Assembly (NCBI GenBank): GCA_002688015.1
Contig: NZBT01000008.1
Span: forward strand, 2,852 to 66,851
DNA from: Candidatus Pacearchaeota archaeon
GTDB lineage: Archaea > Nanobdellota > Nanobdellia > Pacearchaeales > GW2011-AR1
Direction: 5' to 3'
Length of the DNA stretch: 64,000 bases
Under the pieces are notes generated by a model. That model worked only from the letters and a program-made list of their open reading frames with translations. It did no database searches and was not told the DNA's origin. Position numbers and translations under genes: made by a program. Each line of letters begins with the position of its first letter. Positions within the stretch are counted from its first letter, which is position 1. Below, piece after piece: positions 20,453-30,804 of the stretch.

Positions 20453-20652
20453 CTTTACACCTCCTTTTTCCTAATAAGTCTGATATGTTAACATAGTAAT
20501 CTCTCTTTATAATACTTTTCATCCAATAAGAATAGTAAAATTAAGAAGAATTACGCTTTCTTAAAGATTAAATCTCGTAAGAGTTTAATTATCTAAAAGG
20601 CTCATGCCTTTTTGAATATGAAATCTTTTAAAAGTTTCATTATCAGAGAAAG

Positions 20653-20850
20653 CTATGCTTTCTTGAACTTTGTAACTTCAGGAAGCATGTCGGCATGTCC
20701 TAACAAAGTAGCTCTGCAACAATATCTTTCCAATCCAAGCTCATCTAAAACTTTTCCAGCATCTTCTCCGGATTCAATACGCTTCTTATAATCTTCCCAC
20801 AACTGTCCAACGGGTTTTCCACACGACATACATCTAACAGGAATTATCAT
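20653..20850 (-). CDS. rpoN: DNA-directed RNA polymerase subunit N (Rpb10 homologue)
   Basis: MIIPVRCMSCGKPVG...LGLERYCCRATLLGH matches RpoN zinc-bundle consensus (CxxC ... CC); start taken at internal Met matching family N-terminus. Confidence 0.8.
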   Translation of the reverse strand: MIIPVRCMSCGKPVGQLWEDYKKRIESGEDAGKVLDELGLERYCCRATLLGHADMLPEVTKFKKA

Positions 20851-20884
20851 AACTATATTCATCAAAGATGGTTTTTAAAGCTTT

Positions 20885-21151
20885 TTACCAAAAAGAAACA
20901 CACCCATAATAGGAGTTATCATACAAATCCTCAACTTTAACTTCCGTTCTAGGATCAGTACTAACCCATTCTGATAATGTAAAATCTCCAACAATTATAA
21001 CTCCATCATTCTCAACCTTTGAGGCAGGCCTCATTCTAATTCTATCTAAAATTCTTAACTGCTCGAGATAATCTACAGTTCCCCCACTAACTCCGATTTC
21101 CCGATGATAATCTCTAATAATCTTGTCATCTTCCATCAATTTCAGAATCAA
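20885..21151 (-). CDS. Hypothetical protein upstream of rpoN
   Basis: 88 aa ORF co-directional with rpoN; no recognisable motif. Confidence 0.3.
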   Translation of the reverse strand: MILKLMEDDKIIRDYHREIGVSGGTVDYLEQLRILDRIRMRPASKVENDGVIIVGDFTLSEWVSTDPRTEVKVEDLYDNSYYGCVSFW

Positions 21152-21184
21152 AAGCTTATTAAATTCATTTCTATTCTAAAGTAT

Positions 21185-21901
21185 ATGAAAACCCTTATTG
21201 ATTTAAAAAAAGTTATGAAATATTATTACATGGGAGAGGAAGTTGTTAAGGCAGTGGATGGAATAGACGTTTCTATTAGGGAAGGAGAATTTGTTGCGAT
21301 TATGGGCCCATCAGGCTCTGGAAAAAGTACAGCAATGAACCTTGTTGGTTCCTTAGACTTAGCAACAAAAGGGGCAATATATCTTGACGGAGAAAACATA
21401 GAACAAATGGAAGAATCAGAACTGGCTCAATTAAGAGGGAAAAAAATAGGATTTATATTCCAACAATTCAATTTAATTCCCAATCTAACTGCAAAAGAAA
21501 ACATAATGCTTCCAATGCTTTTCCAAGAAGTTAATCTAGAAGACAGAGAAGACAGAGCTGAAGAACTTTTGAATCTAGTAGATTTAGGAGATAGAATGGA
21601 TCATTATCCAAACCAGCTTTCAGGAGGGCAACAACAAAGAGTAGCTATTGCCCGCGCCTTAGCAAACAATCCAGATATTATCCTTGCAGATGAACCAACA
21701 GGAAATCTAGACACAAAAACAGGGGAATTAGTAATGGGCTTCTTAGAAAAATTTCACAAAGAAGGAAAGACAATTATAATGGTTACCCACGATCCAAATC
21801 TCGCGAAAGCCTATGCAAGCACAATCTATTGGCTAAAGGATGGAAAAATAGAAAAGACTACAAAGGGAAAAGTAAAGAATAATAAAAAGAGAGGAATGTA
21901 A
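21185..21901 (+). CDS. ABC transporter ATP-binding protein (MacB/LolD-like)
   Basis: Walker [10 protein letters not shown], signature [15 protein letters not shown], Walker [13 protein letters not shown]-loop VTHD; start chosen at MKTLIDL. Confidence 0.9.
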   Translation: MKTLIDLKKVMKYYYMGEEVVKAVDGIDVSIREGEFVAIMGPSGSGKSTAMNLVGSLDLATKGAIYLDGENIEQMEESELAQLRGKKIGFIFQQFNLIPNLTAKENIMLPMLFQEVNLEDREDRAEELLNLVDLGDRMDHYPNQLSGGQQQRVAIARALANNPDIILADEPTGNLDTKTGELVMGFLEKFHKEGKTIIMVTHDPNLAKAYASTIYWLKDGKIEKTTKGKVKNNKKRGM

Positions 21902-23119
21902 ATGATTAGTGATTACTTCAGCCTTGCATTCAGAAATCTAAAAAAAAGAGGAATTAGATCTTGGCTAACTTTATTAGGAATCTTTATTGGAGTTGCGGCT
22001 GTTGTTTCCCTGATTTCTTTAGGAAATGGATTGCAACTTGCTGTAAATTCTCAGTTTGGTGTTTCTTCAACAGAAATAATCTCTGTTCAAGCAGGAGGAC
22101 TAAATGCTTATGGCCCTCCAGGATCTGCAGTATCAGATCCCTTAACAATAGACGATGTAGAGGCAATTAATAAATTAAGTGTCGTTGATAGAGCAATTAG
22201 AAGAAATATCCCTTCTGGTAAATTAGAATTTAACAATAAAGTAATTTTTGGGTTTGCAATGAGCATTCCTAGTGGAGAAGATAGAAAATTTACATATGAA
22301 GAACTTGATGCAGAATCCATAAAAGGAAGATTACTTGGAGAATCAGATAATGGAAATGTTGTCTTAGGTTACAATTTTTATGCAAATAAGGTAGGACTTG
22401 AAAAATCTGTTGATTTAGGAGATACTGTAAAAGTAAATGATAAACAATTCAAGGTTGTCGGAATTACAAAGAAAAAAGGGAGTTTTATTTTTGATAATAT
22501 TGTTCATATGAATGATGAGCCATTAAAAGATTTGATGGGTTATGGGGATGATGTAGATCTAATTGCGGTTAAAGTAAAAAACAAAGATCTAATGGACAAA
22601 GCAAAAAAAGACATAGAAGATTTATTAAGAAAAAGAAGAAATGTTGATAAAGGAGAAGAAGACTTTGAAGTTTCAACTCCTGAAGCTGCAATGGAAACAG
22701 TTAACAGTGTTTTAAATGGTGTTAAAGCTTTCGTTGCTCTTATAGCCTTAATATCTGTTCTTGTTGGAGCACTTGGAATTGTAAATACAATGACCACTTC
22801 TGTTTTAGAAAGAAGAAAAGAAATTGGGATTATGAAAGCAATAGGGGCTAAGAACTCCGATATATTCATGCAATTCCTTATTGAGGCAGGCCTTCTTGGT
22901 TTAATTGGAGGATTTATTGGGGCTGTTTTCGGAACATTAATTGGTATTCTCGGAATAATCGGAATTAATAATTTCATTGGTTCTTCAGCATCTGTAAATA
23001 TAGACTTTGTTTTAATCTTTCTCACTTTAACAGGTAGCTTTTTAGTTGGAGCCACAGCAGGACTTATTCCTGCAATGAGAGCTGCAAAACAAAATCCTGT
23101 GGAGGCATTAAGAGGTTAA
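21902..23119 (+). CDS. ABC transporter permease, FtsX/MacB-like
   Basis: 405 aa: N-terminal TM, large extracytoplasmic domain, C-terminal 3-TM FtsX domain (…ERRKEIGIMKAIGA…). Confidence 0.85.
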   Translation: MISDYFSLAFRNLKKRGIRSWLTLLGIFIGVAAVVSLISLGNGLQLAVNSQFGVSSTEIISVQAGGLNAYGPPGSAVSDPLTIDDVEAINKLSVVDRAIRRNIPSGKLEFNNKVIFGFAMSIPSGEDRKFTYEELDAESIKGRLLGESDNGNVVLGYNFYANKVGLEKSVDLGDTVKVNDKQFKVVGITKKKGSFIFDNIVHMNDEPLKDLMGYGDDVDLIAVKVKNKDLMDKAKKDIEDLLRKRRNVDKGEEDFEVSTPEAAMETVNSVLNGVKAFVALIALISVLVGALGIVNTMTTSVLERRKEIGIMKAIGAKNSDIFMQFLIEAGLLGLIGGFIGAVFGTLIGILGIIGINNFIGSSASVNIDFVLIFLTLTGSFLVGATAGLIPAMRAAKQNPVEALRG

Positions 23120-23120
23120 A

Positions 23121-24326
23121 ATGAACATAGAAAGCATAAAATATTCGTTAAGAAATTTAAACCATAGAAAGGGACGTTCTCTATTAACAATCCTTTCTAT
23201 TTTTATGGGGATAGCTACAATTTTTATTTTCATTAGTTTTGGAGCAGGATTATATGATTATATTGGGGAACTTTCTTCTGGAACTTCTGTAGATAAAGTT
23301 CTTATTCAAGCTAAAGGAGTTGGAATACCCGGTTTAGATGATACGTTTGCTTTAACTGAAAAAGATTTAGAAGTTGTTGAGAAAACATCTGGAATTAAAG
23401 AAGCCACAGCTATTTCATTCAAAACAGCTGAAGTTATCAAAGATGGAAAAAAAGTTTTTACTTTTGTGATTGGATACGATCCAGAAAGTACACTTCTGTT
23501 TGAACTTTCAAATGTGGGAATTGATAAAGGTAAATGGTTAGACAAAAAAGATAATGGAAAAGTTCTAGCAGGATATAATTATCAAAAACCTGATTTAATA
23601 TTCCCAAAACCTTTTGATTTAAATGATAAAATAGAGATACAAGGACAAGAATTAAGAATTGTTGGTTTTCTTGAATCAATTGGAAGTCCTCCAGATGATG
23701 CCCAACTTTATGTAACAGAAGAACAATTAGATATATTATTTCCTGGAAATAATTCTTACGGATGGATTATTGCCAGTGTAAAAGATATTAATGAAATTGA
23801 TTTAGTTATCGAACGCCTTGAAAAAAAATTAAGAAAAAACCGTGGTTTAGATGAAGGAAAAGAAGACTTTTTTGTACAATCTTATCAAGATTTAATTGAT
23901 AGTTTCGCAGGAGCATTAAATATTGTAATTGGTTTCATAATCTTAATCGCTTTAATTTCTGTTTTAGTCTCGGCAGTCAATACAGCAAACACAATGATTA
24001 CTTCTGTCTTAGAAAGGATAAAGGAAATTGGAATAATGAAAGCTGTCGGCTCTCCAAACTCAGCGATATTTAATATATTTCTATTTGAGTCTTCATTATT
24101 AGGTTTTATCGCAGGGGCAGTTGGAGTTCTTGTTGGATTCACAATCACTTCTATTGTTGGTAGCATATTAGATGGAATGGGTTGGGGCTTCCTTTCTCCA
24201 TATTATCATCCATACTTGTTCATAGGACTTATCGCTTTTGCAACAATTACAGGAGCTATCTCAGGAGTAATACCAGCAATTAAAGCTTCAAAGATAAAAC
24301 CAGTAAATGCATTAAGATATGAATAG
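23121..24326 (+). CDS. ABC transporter permease, FtsX/MacB-like (second copy)
   Basis: 401 aa, same architecture (…ERIKEIGIMKAVGS…). Confidence 0.85.
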   Translation: MNIESIKYSLRNLNHRKGRSLLTILSIFMGIATIFIFISFGAGLYDYIGELSSGTSVDKVLIQAKGVGIPGLDDTFALTEKDLEVVEKTSGIKEATAISFKTAEVIKDGKKVFTFVIGYDPESTLLFELSNVGIDKGKWLDKKDNGKVLAGYNYQKPDLIFPKPFDLNDKIEIQGQELRIVGFLESIGSPPDDAQLYVTEEQLDILFPGNNSYGWIIASVKDINEIDLVIERLEKKLRKNRGLDEGKEDFFVQSYQDLIDSFAGALNIVIGFIILIALISVLVSAVNTANTMITSVLERIKEIGIMKAVGSPNSAIFNIFLFESSLLGFIAGAVGVLVGFTITSIVGSILDGMGWGFLSPYYHPYLFIGLIAFATITGAISGVIPAIKASKIKPVNALRYE

Positions 24327-24452
24327 AATTCTAAGATTAGTTCCAAAGAATATTATCTTGCTGGTTCAAATGAAATTGGAAGGGTGATCCTCGTCAGTGA
24401 TGCAATTACTGCACAAAAATAATTAAATTGAGAATATGTTGGTGAAATAGAA

Positions 24453-25316
24453 TTATTCGTGTCGATGTTTATTTTTCTGCTTATCCTTCTTCTTTTTTCT
24501 TCTCCAAAGCCAGAAAATAATAACTAAAACAACAAAAGCAATAATATAATAAGTTGTCTTACTTCCTCCATTTTGATCCCTTGCCCTACCAGTAAAGTAA
24601 CTGGAATCATACGTAACAGATTTTTCCAATTGTCTTCTTTCGCTAATTTCATCAGTGTACAAGATTACTAAATCAATCTCCCCATCCGTTGGAACTGCCT
24701 CAAAACTAAATGTTGTGTCTTCATTTGAATCCAAAGATCCAACAATATTTCTATTACTCCCCTTAATTGAGATACTCTCCTGCTTTGGAATCTCTACAGT
24801 AAGTGCTTCAACGTCATTCTCCCCTATATTAAGAATTTCAAAAGTCAAAGTCCTTGTTCCTGCAACATAATCTTTTATTGAAACTTCAAAATCAGTTTCT
24901 AAATCTTCAACAGTAATATTAAATTCTCTAACTGTAATTGCTTTATTATTTTCCACACCGTTTGAAAACTTGATTTCTAGAGAATTATCACCATCTCTAG
25001 CGTCTTTAGCAACTCTTAATTTATAAGGAATCAATAAGTAAGTGTTAAAATCAGAAACAGTCCCGCCCTCTGCAGTAACTCGAGCTTCCTGCCCAGGAAT
25101 CAATTCAAAAGGAAATTCTTCAACAAGTTCAAAAACAACATTCTTACACTCAGGATTTGAAATACCATTCAATTGGAACACTACTTTAACTTCATCCCCA
25201 GGAATTACAGGATAAGGATCTTGATTAATCAGTTTTGCATCTAAAGAACAACTAGCTGCACTTACCAAACTAATCATAAATACTCCCAATAAGACAGCTA
25301 GAATTACTCTTTTCAT
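24453..25316 (-). CDS. Secreted/cell-surface protein with C-terminal TM anchor (COG1361/DUF11-like, ABC-associated)
   Basis: Signal peptide MKRVILAVLLGVFMISLVSAAS; beta-rich repeats; C-terminal TM plus KKKK tail; convergent with MacB-type ABC genes as in archaeal COG1361 operons. Confidence 0.6.
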   Translation of the reverse strand: MKRVILAVLLGVFMISLVSAASCSLDAKLINQDPYPVIPGDEVKVVFQLNGISNPECKNVVFELVEEFPFELIPGQEARVTAEGGTVSDFNTYLLIPYKLRVAKDARDGDNSLEIKFSNGVENNKAITVREFNITVEDLETDFEVSIKDYVAGTRTLTFEILNIGENDVEALTVEIPKQESISIKGSNRNIVGSLDSNEDTTFSFEAVPTDGEIDLVILYTDEISERRQLEKSVTYDSSYFTGRARDQNGGSKTTYYIIAFVVLVIIFWLWRRKKKKDKQKNKHRHE

Positions 25317-25359
25317 GTTATTAATAAAACTTTTCTCCTTTTAAATATTACTTTTTACA

Positions 25360-26370
25360 TCAAACAACCTTATTCTTAACTTTTCCTCCTAAAAAGGCTT
25401 TAACATTCTCAACAGTCATATCCAAAATTCTCTGCTCGGCTTCTTTTGTGTAAAATGCCATATGCGGTGTAACAATAACATTATCATAATCAATTAACAA
25501 ATGATTCTCTATAAGGGCACGCCAGTCACTTACTTTTTCTTTCTTCTTAAACAACTCTGCTTCTTCCCCAAAATCTTCTTCCTCTTCTAAAACATCTAAA
25601 CCAGCTCCTGCAAGGATACCTTCATCTAGTGCCCAACGTAAAGCTCCAGTTTCAATTATCTCTCCTCTAGAAGTATTAATCAGTATTGATCCTTTTCTCA
25701 CTTTCCCAATATTATTCTTATTTATCATATGCTTCGTTTCTTCAGTCAATGGAACATGAAGTGTTATTACATCACTTTTCTCTAACAATTCATCTAATTC
25801 AACATACTTGAATCCGAGTTTTCCAGCTAATTCCTCATCTCTAGATTTATTAAAAGCAATAACCTCCATTTGAAAACCATTAGCAATCTTAATTACATGT
25901 TGCCCTATATGTCCTGCTCCAATAACTCCTAATGTCTTTCCTTTCAAATCAAATCCTTGTAGTCCCTCAAGTACGAAGTCATCACTTTTTTTAACACTCT
26001 CAATTCCTTTCCATATCTTTCTTGACAAGTTTAATATCAATCCAAATGTGTGCTCCGCAACAGTATTCTCTCCATAACTAGGAACATTACTCACATTTAT
26101 TCCAAACTCCTTTGCACTCTCAATGTCAATATGATCATATCCAGTTGACATTGTAGCAACGTACTTTAGCTCCGGCAAGTCTCTCATCACCTTTCTATCA
26201 ATTTCAGAATCAACAAAAAGCACAATTCCTTCAGCGTCCTTTATCTTTCCCAAACCTGTCTTATCTAATTCCTCAGAAAAAAATACAATCTCATGTTTCC
26301 CAATATCTCCCAATCTATTTCTCACATATTCTGCTTTCTCTTTATCTGTTTCCAAAAACACAATTTTCAT
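25360..26370 (-). CDS. D-isomer-specific 2-hydroxyacid dehydrogenase (D-lactate/glycerate dehydrogenase-like)
   Basis: NAD-binding GVIGAGHIGQHV, catalytic R/E/H region ...NTSRGEII...; 336 aa. Confidence 0.85.
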   Translation of the reverse strand: MKIVFLETDKEKAEYVRNRLGDIGKHEIVFFSEELDKTGLGKIKDAEGIVLFVDSEIDRKVMRDLPELKYVATMSTGYDHIDIESAKEFGINVSNVPSYGENTVAEHTFGLILNLSRKIWKGIESVKKSDDFVLEGLQGFDLKGKTLGVIGAGHIGQHVIKIANGFQMEVIAFNKSRDEELAGKLGFKYVELDELLEKSDVITLHVPLTEETKHMINKNNIGKVRKGSILINTSRGEIIETGALRWALDEGILAGAGLDVLEEEEDFGEEAELFKKKEKVSDWRALIENHLLIDYDNVIVTPHMAFYTKEAEQRILDMTVENVKAFLGGKVKNKVV

Positions 26371-27314
26371 TTTTCTTTCTTCTCCACAATTTTAACTTTT
26401 CTAATCTTACCTAAATCACTTCTTCTCAAAAGTCCATTCTTTGCTCCCCTAATCTGAATAACAGATTCAGCATTAGCACTTCCTATCTGAATCGCCTTCT
26501 CAATCCCAAAATTTTTAATTATTCCATAAACAAAACCAGAAGCAAAAGCATCTCCAGCTCCAGTTGTTTCCCTACATTTAATATTTTTATTTGCGTGCGC
26601 TCTATACAAATTAATTCCATCACTTGTCTCACTTCCCTTATCCCCCTCAGTAATACAAATGATCTTAACGCCAAGCTTATGTAGTTTCTCATGCAAATTC
26701 CCTTTCCCAACTAAAATTCCTGCCTCTTTCTTATTCAAGATCAAAACATCTGTATTCTTCAATATCTTTTTCAATCTATTCTTCCCCAAACAAACTTGAT
26801 ATTGACTTGGATTAAACGCAACCTTTGTCCCCTTCCCAACAGCAAATTCCACAAGTTTCTCCATCGTCTTAAAGGACTCTTCCATCATACTTGAAAAGTA
26901 AAACCAATCAGCTTTCAATTTCCCCTTCTCAACTTCACCCCACTTTATCGTATTACTTGCTCCTTTGTAAGTCAATATTGTCCTTCTCCCTTTCTTAGCT
27001 CCTAAAATAGCGCTATATGCAGTATGCTCTTTACTCTTTATCCCAAGAAACGGAACATTATCTTTTCCCAACTCACGCAAAACAATCTCTCCATTTTTTC
27101 CTTCTCCAATCTTTCCAAAATATCCTGCTTTCAATCCAAGCCTTCTAAAAGCCACAGCAGTATTCGTCCCTCCTCCCCCAATACTAAAATTAATATCATC
27201 AATTAAGATCTTATCTCCAACATCAAAGCATAACTGCCCTTTACTTTCCCTTACAGATGTATCCATGTATATATCTACCACTGCACTTCCAAAAGTTATT
27301 ATATCGTATTTCAT
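26367..27314 (-). CDS. PfkB-family carbohydrate kinase (ribokinase-like; candidate ATP-phosphofructokinase/sugar kinase)
   Basis: GG motif GGGGTNTAVAF, C-terminal ETTGAGDAFASGF anion-hole motif. Confidence 0.8.
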   Translation of the reverse strand: MKYDIITFGSAVVDIYMDTSVRESKGQLCFDVGDKILIDDINFSIGGGGTNTAVAFRRLGLKAGYFGKIGEGKNGEIVLRELGKDNVPFLGIKSKEHTAYSAILGAKKGRRTILTYKGASNTIKWGEVEKGKLKADWFYFSSMMEESFKTMEKLVEFAVGKGTKVAFNPSQYQVCLGKNRLKKILKNTDVLILNKKEAGILVGKGNLHEKLHKLGVKIICITEGDKGSETSDGINLYRAHANKNIKCRETTGAGDAFASGFVYGIIKNFGIEKAIQIGSANAESVIQIRGAKNGLLRRSDLGKIRKVKIVEKKEK

Positions 27315-28462
27315 CCCTTTTCCCTCTTCAAAGCCTCAAGTCCAGGAAGCTTCTTCCCCGCAATATAATGCACTAAAGCTCCTCCACTTAAACTAATATA
27401 TCCTAACTTTTTCTCGTTTATATTCATTTCTCTCGCTGCTGTTGATGAATGTCCTCCAGCAACAACACAGAAGGCTGGAGATTTCTCCATAGCTTTCAAT
27501 AATCTCTTTGTTCCCAGGCAGAAACCTTTAACGCCACAATTCCCTGGAGTTCCCTTCATGAATACAAATGAACAGCCCGCAATAATCTTCTCATACTTTT
27601 TTATCGTCTCTTCCCCAATGTCCAAAGCACGAGCATTAACAGGCCAATTCTTCTCTCCAATGTCTTTTCTTTTTCTCTTAATCAAAAAGCCAAAATCAGA
27701 AGGCTTATGCATATGCCCTAACTCTTTCTTAATTATCTTCCCAAATTCCTGCATCTCCTTCTTTCTTTTCTTATTTTCCAGGCCCAGATTCTTCCCAGAA
27801 ACAATACTGCATAACACAGAAAAAACTCCAGCAGCCAAAATATTTTTCTTTTTCACTAATAACATAAGATCATCAACTTTGTTCCCTCCAAGAAGATAAT
27901 GGCAATCTCCTAATCTTATCTTTCCAATATTTTTCAACTCTTTCTCAAAAGTTCTCCCCATTCCAGCGTCCATATACTTAGGGAAAGAAACAATGCTCGT
28001 TTGATCCCTATGTGCAACAGAAAAAGCATCATTAATGTAAATATCAAATCTATCCTTAAACTCCTCAACAATCATATTCCCTTTCTTTTTTGGATCATAT
28101 TCATCTTTTTGAAACCTCACGTTTTCCAACAAAATAGCTTGCCCGCTCCTCAAACTATCAATCTCAGAAATTGCTTTCTTTCCCAATGTATCTTTAACAA
28201 ACTTAATCTTGCAATACTTGTTTAACAATTTAACATGCCCTTTCAATGATTTGAAATCCTTTTTATCAGGCTGCCCTTGATGAGCAAGAACAACAACTCT
28301 CCCGCCTTTCCTTTGAATCTCTCTTATTGTCTTTCCACTTTGTTCAATCCTCTCGTTATTTTCTACTTTATTTCTAACAAAAGGAGAATTAATATCCGCT
28401 CTAACTAGAACTCTCTTTCCTTTAAAGTTAAAATCGTCAAGTGTTCTTATTCCTTTGAACAT
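27311..28462 (-). CDS. pgk: Phosphoglycerate kinase (archaeal type)
   Basis: VLVRADINSP..., VVVLAHQGQP, NDAFSVAHR motifs. Confidence 0.9.
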   Translation of the reverse strand: MFKGIRTLDDFNFKGKRVLVRADINSPFVRNKVENNERIEQSGKTIREIQRKGGRVVVLAHQGQPDKKDFKSLKGHVKLLNKYCKIKFVKDTLGKKAISEIDSLRSGQAILLENVRFQKDEYDPKKKGNMIVEEFKDRFDIYINDAFSVAHRDQTSIVSFPKYMDAGMGRTFEKELKNIGKIRLGDCHYLLGGNKVDDLMLLVKKKNILAAGVFSVLCSIVSGKNLGLENKKRKKEMQEFGKIIKKELGHMHKPSDFGFLIKRKRKDIGEKNWPVNARALDIGEETIKKYEKIIAGCSFVFMKGTPGNCGVKGFCLGTKRLLKAMEKSPAFCVVAGGHSSTAAREMNINEKKLGYISLSGGALVHYIAGKKLPGLEALKREKG

Positions 28463-28463
28463 T

Positions 28464-29462
28464 CTACTTGCTCCACTTTCTCATCAATTTCAGAACATCA
28501 ACAACTCTATTACTATATCCATATTCATTATCATACCAAACTAATACCTTAGCTAGATTTCCTTGCTTCTGCGTAGAAAGAGCATCGACAATGCCGCTTT
28601 CAGTTCTTCCAATAATATCTGTTGAAACAAGTTCTTCTTCAGTATATCCAATAATTCCTTTCATACTTCCTTTACTCTCTTTCTTGAAAATCTGATTGAG
28701 CCCCTTTTCAGTAAAGTTCTTCTTCAATTCAACAGTTAGATCCAATAAACTACCATCCGGAATGGGAACACGAACTGCAAATCCTTTTATCTTCCCAAGT
28801 AATTTAGGAAAGACAACACATATAGAATCACTAGCTCCGGTTGTTGAAGGAATAAGGTTCATTAAAGCTGCCCTTCCAAGTCTTCTTCTTTTTTCAGAAC
28901 TTGTATCAACTACACTTTGACTTGAAGTGTAAGCATGTATTGTTGTAAATAACGCATTCTTAATTCCAAACTTCTTATCTAAAACAGCAACAACAGGCGC
29001 TAACGCATTTGTTGTACAACTTGCTACTGAAATTATCTCATCTCCTTTCTCCAATTTATTCTCATTAACTCCTGGAAGAATAATGATATCCGGATTGTCA
29101 GCGGGTGCAGTAATCACCACTTTTTTTGCACCCGCTTGAATATGTTTGCTTGCACTTCTCTTATCAGTAAATTTTCCTGTAGCCTCAACAACTGTATCTA
29201 TTTTAAGATCAGCCCAAGGCAAATTCTCTGGATTCCTCTCCGATAATACAACAATCTTCTTCCCGTTAACAATCAGTTCCCCTCTTTTCCCCTTTTTAAT
29301 TGTGCCTTTAAACTTCCCATGAATACTTCCATATTTAAGCAAATAGATAACATCATCAACTCCATGAATATCATTTATAGCTACAACTCTGATTCCTCCC
29401 TCTAAACACAATTTAAAAACACTTTCCCCAATTCTACCAAAACCATTTATTGCTACTCTCAT
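28464..29462 (-). CDS. gap: Glyceraldehyde-3-phosphate dehydrogenase, type I (bacterial/eukaryotic type)
   Basis: N-terminal AINGFGRIGE, catalytic ASCTTNALAPV (type I signature rather than archaeal type II). Confidence 0.9.
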   Translation of the reverse strand: MRVAINGFGRIGESVFKLCLEGGIRVVAINDIHGVDDVIYLLKYGSIHGKFKGTIKKGKRGELIVNGKKIVVLSERNPENLPWADLKIDTVVEATGKFTDKRSASKHIQAGAKKVVITAPADNPDIIILPGVNENKLEKGDEIISVASCTTNALAPVVAVLDKKFGIKNALFTTIHAYTSSQSVVDTSSEKRRRLGRAALMNLIPSTTGASDSICVVFPKLLGKIKGFAVRVPIPDGSLLDLTVELKKNFTEKGLNQIFKKESKGSMKGIIGYTEEELVSTDIIGRTESGIVDALSTQKQGNLAKVLVWYDNEYGYSNRVVDVLKLMRKWSK

Positions 29463-29519
29463 AAAAACCCCTTTTAATATAAAGATAACAGCGAAAGTTA
29501 AATTATAAACCTTTTCAAT

Positions 29520-30128
29520 CTATATTATCCAAGACAAGAAAAACAAACCAAGAGCTACAACCATTATAATACCATAAATTCTCTTATCCCAAGCAAGCAC
29601 TTTAGCTCCATCAAAAGGCATAACAGGAATCATATTAAATGCAGCAAGTAAAGCATTAATTGTAAATCCAAAGCTTGCTATCGCTCCTAAAATTCCAGCA
29701 GTATAAAACAATCCCAAAATCATAAACAGAACTGCAAGAACAATATTTGTAACAGGTCCAGCAAGAGAAATTTTTCCATTCTTTGCCCTATTTAATCCAA
29801 ACCCTTGAATAAAAACAGCTCCAGGAGCAGCAATAATAAATCCGAAGAAGCTCAGTCCCACAGCAAGCCAAAGCATTCCATAAAATGCTTTGAATTCCGC
29901 TCGGAGGCCATAGCTAATTGCAACATACTTATGTGCAAGTTCATGTAGTAAGAAGCCGATTCCAGCAGTCAGAAAAGCAACAAGAAAGATAGTAGTAAAA
30001 CCAACTTCTGATTTAAATAAACCAGAAAGGCCTCCTGAAAGCAAAATTGCAAAAGCTAAAGAGAGCATAATCCCTGCATAAAATAAATCTTTCTTTTCTT
30101 TCCTTGAAAATCTCATTTTCAAGAACAA
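29520..30128 (-). CDS. Membrane zinc metalloprotease, M50 (site-2 protease)-like
   Basis: HExxH embedded in TM (LLHELAHKYV), multi-TM 202 aa. Confidence 0.6.
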   Translation of the reverse strand: MFLKMRFSRKEKKDLFYAGIMLSLAFAILLSGGLSGLFKSEVGFTTIFLVAFLTAGIGFLLHELAHKYVAISYGLRAEFKAFYGMLWLAVGLSFFGFIIAAPGAVFIQGFGLNRAKNGKISLAGPVTNIVLAVLFMILGLFYTAGILGAIASFGFTINALLAAFNMIPVMPFDGAKVLAWDKRIYGIIMVVALGLFFLSWII

Positions 30129-30709
30129 TGAAGTATTCTTTTTAAATTAGCCGAAGTTTGTCTTAGAATTTCCATTTCGTCTCTTGCGTTATCGATCCAA
30201 TCAATCAATTCATCTAGATTAAGGGATTGAGGTAGAAAACTAAGTGAAGGCATCTCCATTGAAAGTATAAGTTTACCTAAATTTCTATATCTCTCATCCT
30301 GAACCATATATGCTCTCTCATTTTTTTCATCGGCGCCAAATCCCTCCAGAAATTCCCTTTGATATCTCTGAAATTTTTCCGATAAATGTTCAGAAATAGT
30401 ATGAGGTGCCCATACTCTTCCACTTGCTTCTTGAGGTCTCAAAATTAGAAATTGATATCCTGTAGGTTTAATATCATCAGATATAGTAAGTCCAAACGCA
30501 GGGCCTGCTAATTTTACATGAGGAAAGTAATCCAATTTTGACAAACTTGGATTTAAATGCAATCCATTAATATAATTAATTTTTAAGAAATGATCATTTT
30601 CTGATACAGTACCAAGAATTTCTCCAACATTAACTTCTCTAGGCTCATAAACTCTAATTCCAATCCTTGAAAGGAATTCATCCCTGTTGTCCAATTCTTC
30701 TTCTGTCAT
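30119..30709 (-). CDS. Hypothetical protein
   Basis: 196 aa, Arg-containing soluble protein, no recognisable motif; ATGA-type overlap with downstream M50 protease. Confidence 0.45.
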   Translation of the reverse strand: MTEEELDNRDEFLSRIGIRVYEPREVNVGEILGTVSENDHFLKINYINGLHLNPSLSKLDYFPHVKLAGPAFGLTISDDIKPTGYQFLILRPQEASGRVWAPHTISEHLSEKFQRYQREFLEGFGADEKNERAYMVQDERYRNLGKLILSMEMPSLSFLPQSLNLDELIDWIDNARDEMEILRQTSANLKRILHCS

Positions 30710-30804
30710 TTTAATATTATTATAGGAAAGGATCTCTTTATAATAATTTATATGATAAAAACCAAAAAAATAAAAGTATAAAATAAAAAAATAAATTTGT
30801 AAAT

